From the human T2T-CHM13v2.0 reference genome, Homo sapiens: a DNA stretch of 64,000 nucleotides. This document shows positions 60,093 through 64,000 of the stretch, in pieces. Where the stretch lies: NCBI RefSeq assembly GCF_009914755.1, contig NC_060932.1. One strand, given 5' to 3'. Position 1 is the first letter of the stretch. Each line of letters starts with the position of its first letter. Below the pieces are notes generated by a model, which was given only the letters and a program-made list of their open reading frames with translations, ran no database searches and was not told the DNA's origin. Both the position numbers and the translations under genes were made by a program.

Positions 60093-60769
60093 TAGTATGT
60101 ATGGGAACAGATTGCGTGAGCCTAAAAGCCAGGTAAATTACCAAGAGAAGCTGTCATATCCCAAGTTTGACTTCGTTAGTGAAACTGCTATCCTTCCCCA
60201 TACGAAAGCCAATGGATAGTTGGATTTTCCCAATGAAGCATTGAAGTGAATAAATACACATGGATTAGGTTTAGCGATGGCTGTGTTCAGTATTATAGCA
60301 CATTCCAGAAATTGGTTGAAGCATTGTGGTCCTGAACAATGTTGTGGATATTCCTGAACAACAGCAAGAATGAGAATTTTTTCTTCTCACTTCCCTTAAA
60401 CTAATAGGAGCGTTGGCCCCAGAGTCAGGATGACTTGGGTTTGGCCATATGAGCAGGAAAAAGCAAGTTTGTTTACAAAGAAGAGACATATAGATTCTGC
60501 CAATTAGTTAATTATAGCAGAAATAGGAGATCAATCACCTTGGTGGTGTAGCACAGCAGTGAAGAACAAGGGACATCTGCCATCAGATCATTAGACATAT
60601 TCCCTTGTCCCAGGCAACATACCACTCAATGGGGCTGATTCCTCTCCTCTTGACTTCCCACGTATCTTCATAATAAACTGATAAGTAAAACTAATATAAC
60701 TTAAGCATGCTTCTATGCCTTGCAATCTAAAGAACTTACTATAATCACATCATCCTCAAATAATGATAA

Positions 60770-62360
<1,591 letters not shown>

Positions 62361-62432
62361 GAATTCATCAGAAGGATTATAATGCATGTTAGGAAGATTT
62401 TTGAATAAAAATAATTATAAGAAAAATTATTT

Positions 62433-62650
62433 GCTGGGTACAATGGCTCACGCCTGTAATACCAGCACTTTGGGAGGTTGAGGCAGGAGGATCGCTTGAG
62501 ACCAGGAGTTCAAGACCAGCCTGGAAAACATAGCGGACCCTGTGTCTATAAGAAATTAAAAAATTAGCCAGGCATGGTGGCCCACCTGTAGTCCCAGTAT
62601 CTCAGGAGGTTGAGGTGGAAGGATCACTTGAGCTCAGGAGTTCAAGATTA
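62433..62650 (+). mobile_element. 3'-truncated AluJ
   Basis: Stops after gagctcaggagttcaaga with no tail. Confidence 0.85.
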
Positions 62651-63006
62651 TAAAAGCTTCTCTTTTCTAAGCATTCTGGTAAGAACCAGAGAATGAGAAC
62701 TTCAGAATATCACAGAGATGATAGGAGAAGCTCACCAAACCCACTCATCTTGCTGATTAGGAAGAAAGTTGCTCTGAGACATTGTGACTTATGCAAGATT
62801 GCACGACTTCATAGAGGCAGGCATTGGTTAATATAAGCTGCTTGTTGAGGCTCGAAAAGAAAAGAAGGGGAAAGAGTTTTGTCTTATTTCCAATGGAACA
62901 TTACCTTCATTCTATGGCAGAGCGAGAAGAATGGCTGTTTGTGCAACTGTGAAAGTTTCATAAAGAAATGACGCAAGTATTCTAATAAATTAAGACATTA
63001 TTGTCG

Positions 63007-63306
63007 GCCAGGCACCGTAGCTCACGCCTGTAATCCCAGCATTTTGGGAGGCCGAGGCGGATGTTTCACCTGAGGGTGGGAGTTTGAGATCACCCTGACC
63101 AACATGGAGAAACCCCACCTCTACTAAAAATACAAAATTAGCAAGGTGTGGTGGCACATGCCTGTAATCCCAGCTACTCGGGAGGCTGAGGCAGGAGAAT
63201 CACTTGAACCTGGGAGGCAGAAGTTGTGGTGAGCCAGAGATCATGCCATTGCACTCCAGCCTGGGCAACAAAAACGAAACTCCATCTCAAAAACAAAAAC
63301 CAAAAC
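63007..63306 (+). mobile_element. AluSp-like
   Basis: gaccaacatggagaaacccc; tattgtc on both sides. Confidence 0.92.
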
Positions 63307-63593
63307 CATATTGTCATCTTCAAGGGATGAAAACCATTATTGGGCTGAATTTCCCCATATCTTTTGGTTCCAAGTGCCTCACCCTCTCTGTCTATGTAGA
63401 ACGGAAACTTGCAGAGTTTCAGCTCCTTGGACAGTTCTCCCCAGCACACACCAGAGAGGCCTTCCTGCCAAAAATGGGCTAAATGCATTACAAATGGAGA
63501 TGAAAGAAACACAGAACAAAGGAAAGAGGCTTTGAGGATATATATTTCAGAAAGTTGCCAGCTTCTAAAACAATCTGGAGCTAGCAAGATGTG

Positions 63594-63647
63594 TTAGATT
63601 GGTGCAAAAGTAATTGTGGTTTTGCCATTACTTCTGCACCAATCTAT
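63594..63647. mobile_element. MADE1 (Hsmar1-derived MITE), internally deleted
   Basis: ttagattggtgcaaaagtaattgtggttttgccattacttctgcaccaatcta. Confidence 0.9.
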
Positions 63648-64000
63648 ATAGGACCCTGGTAGAGAAGGGGCTTCTCCTGCTTGCTGTTGGTACAGGTTCC
63701 TGCTGTTTGTCTTTTAATGTCTCTAACAGGGTCCTAAGGGTCCTGATTGACTCTGTGCTGACACTATCTACCCAACTGTCCCCTCCCTTTAGCCTCATCA
63801 GCACTCAGCTTGAGCCCTGCAGAGCAACCCAGCATAATGCCTGATGCTCAGCCCCGTACCTGACTTCACACGTGGCAAAGGTCTGTCTTCCAAGGACTGC
63901 AACAATAGGACTGAAACATCTGCTCCCTTTGGACAAGTCAGTGAGAAATTCAGCCAAACTGGTTGTTTGGTGTCACATAGCAAAACAATTGGCTAGATGA

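Overview
Primate (most likely human or great-ape) non-coding DNA, intronic or intergenic. No host protein-coding exon is recognisable, and the long ORFs in the track come from L1, Alu or a GA-rich repeat. The window holds about 40 Alu elements, one full-length dead L1PA (minus strand, ~24173-30104), a 5'-truncated younger L1PA, old L1M/L2/MIR pieces, several LTRs, DNA-transposon relics and a full-length 7SL retrocopy. The main observation is that the full-length L1 split an Alu and carries, inside its target-site duplication (TSD), a ~195-bp 5' extension. That extension is an MLT2A (HERV-L LTR) segment running from about its start site exactly to its splice donor, joined to 41 bp of orphan sequence. 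It looks like the fossil of a spliced LTR-promoter/L1 chimeric RNA that was retrotransposed. Other points of interest: an LTR12 collapsed to 45 bp with both ends and TSD intact, a MER57 provirus collapsed the same way, a 1.6-kb compound repeat (five ~60-bp units separated by GA tracts), an inverted Alu pair sharing a private insertion, a MADE1/miR-548-like hairpin with paired substitutions, and two intact CRE palindromes. Repeat family names come from recalled consensus sequences, not a database search. Boundaries of old elements are approximate.
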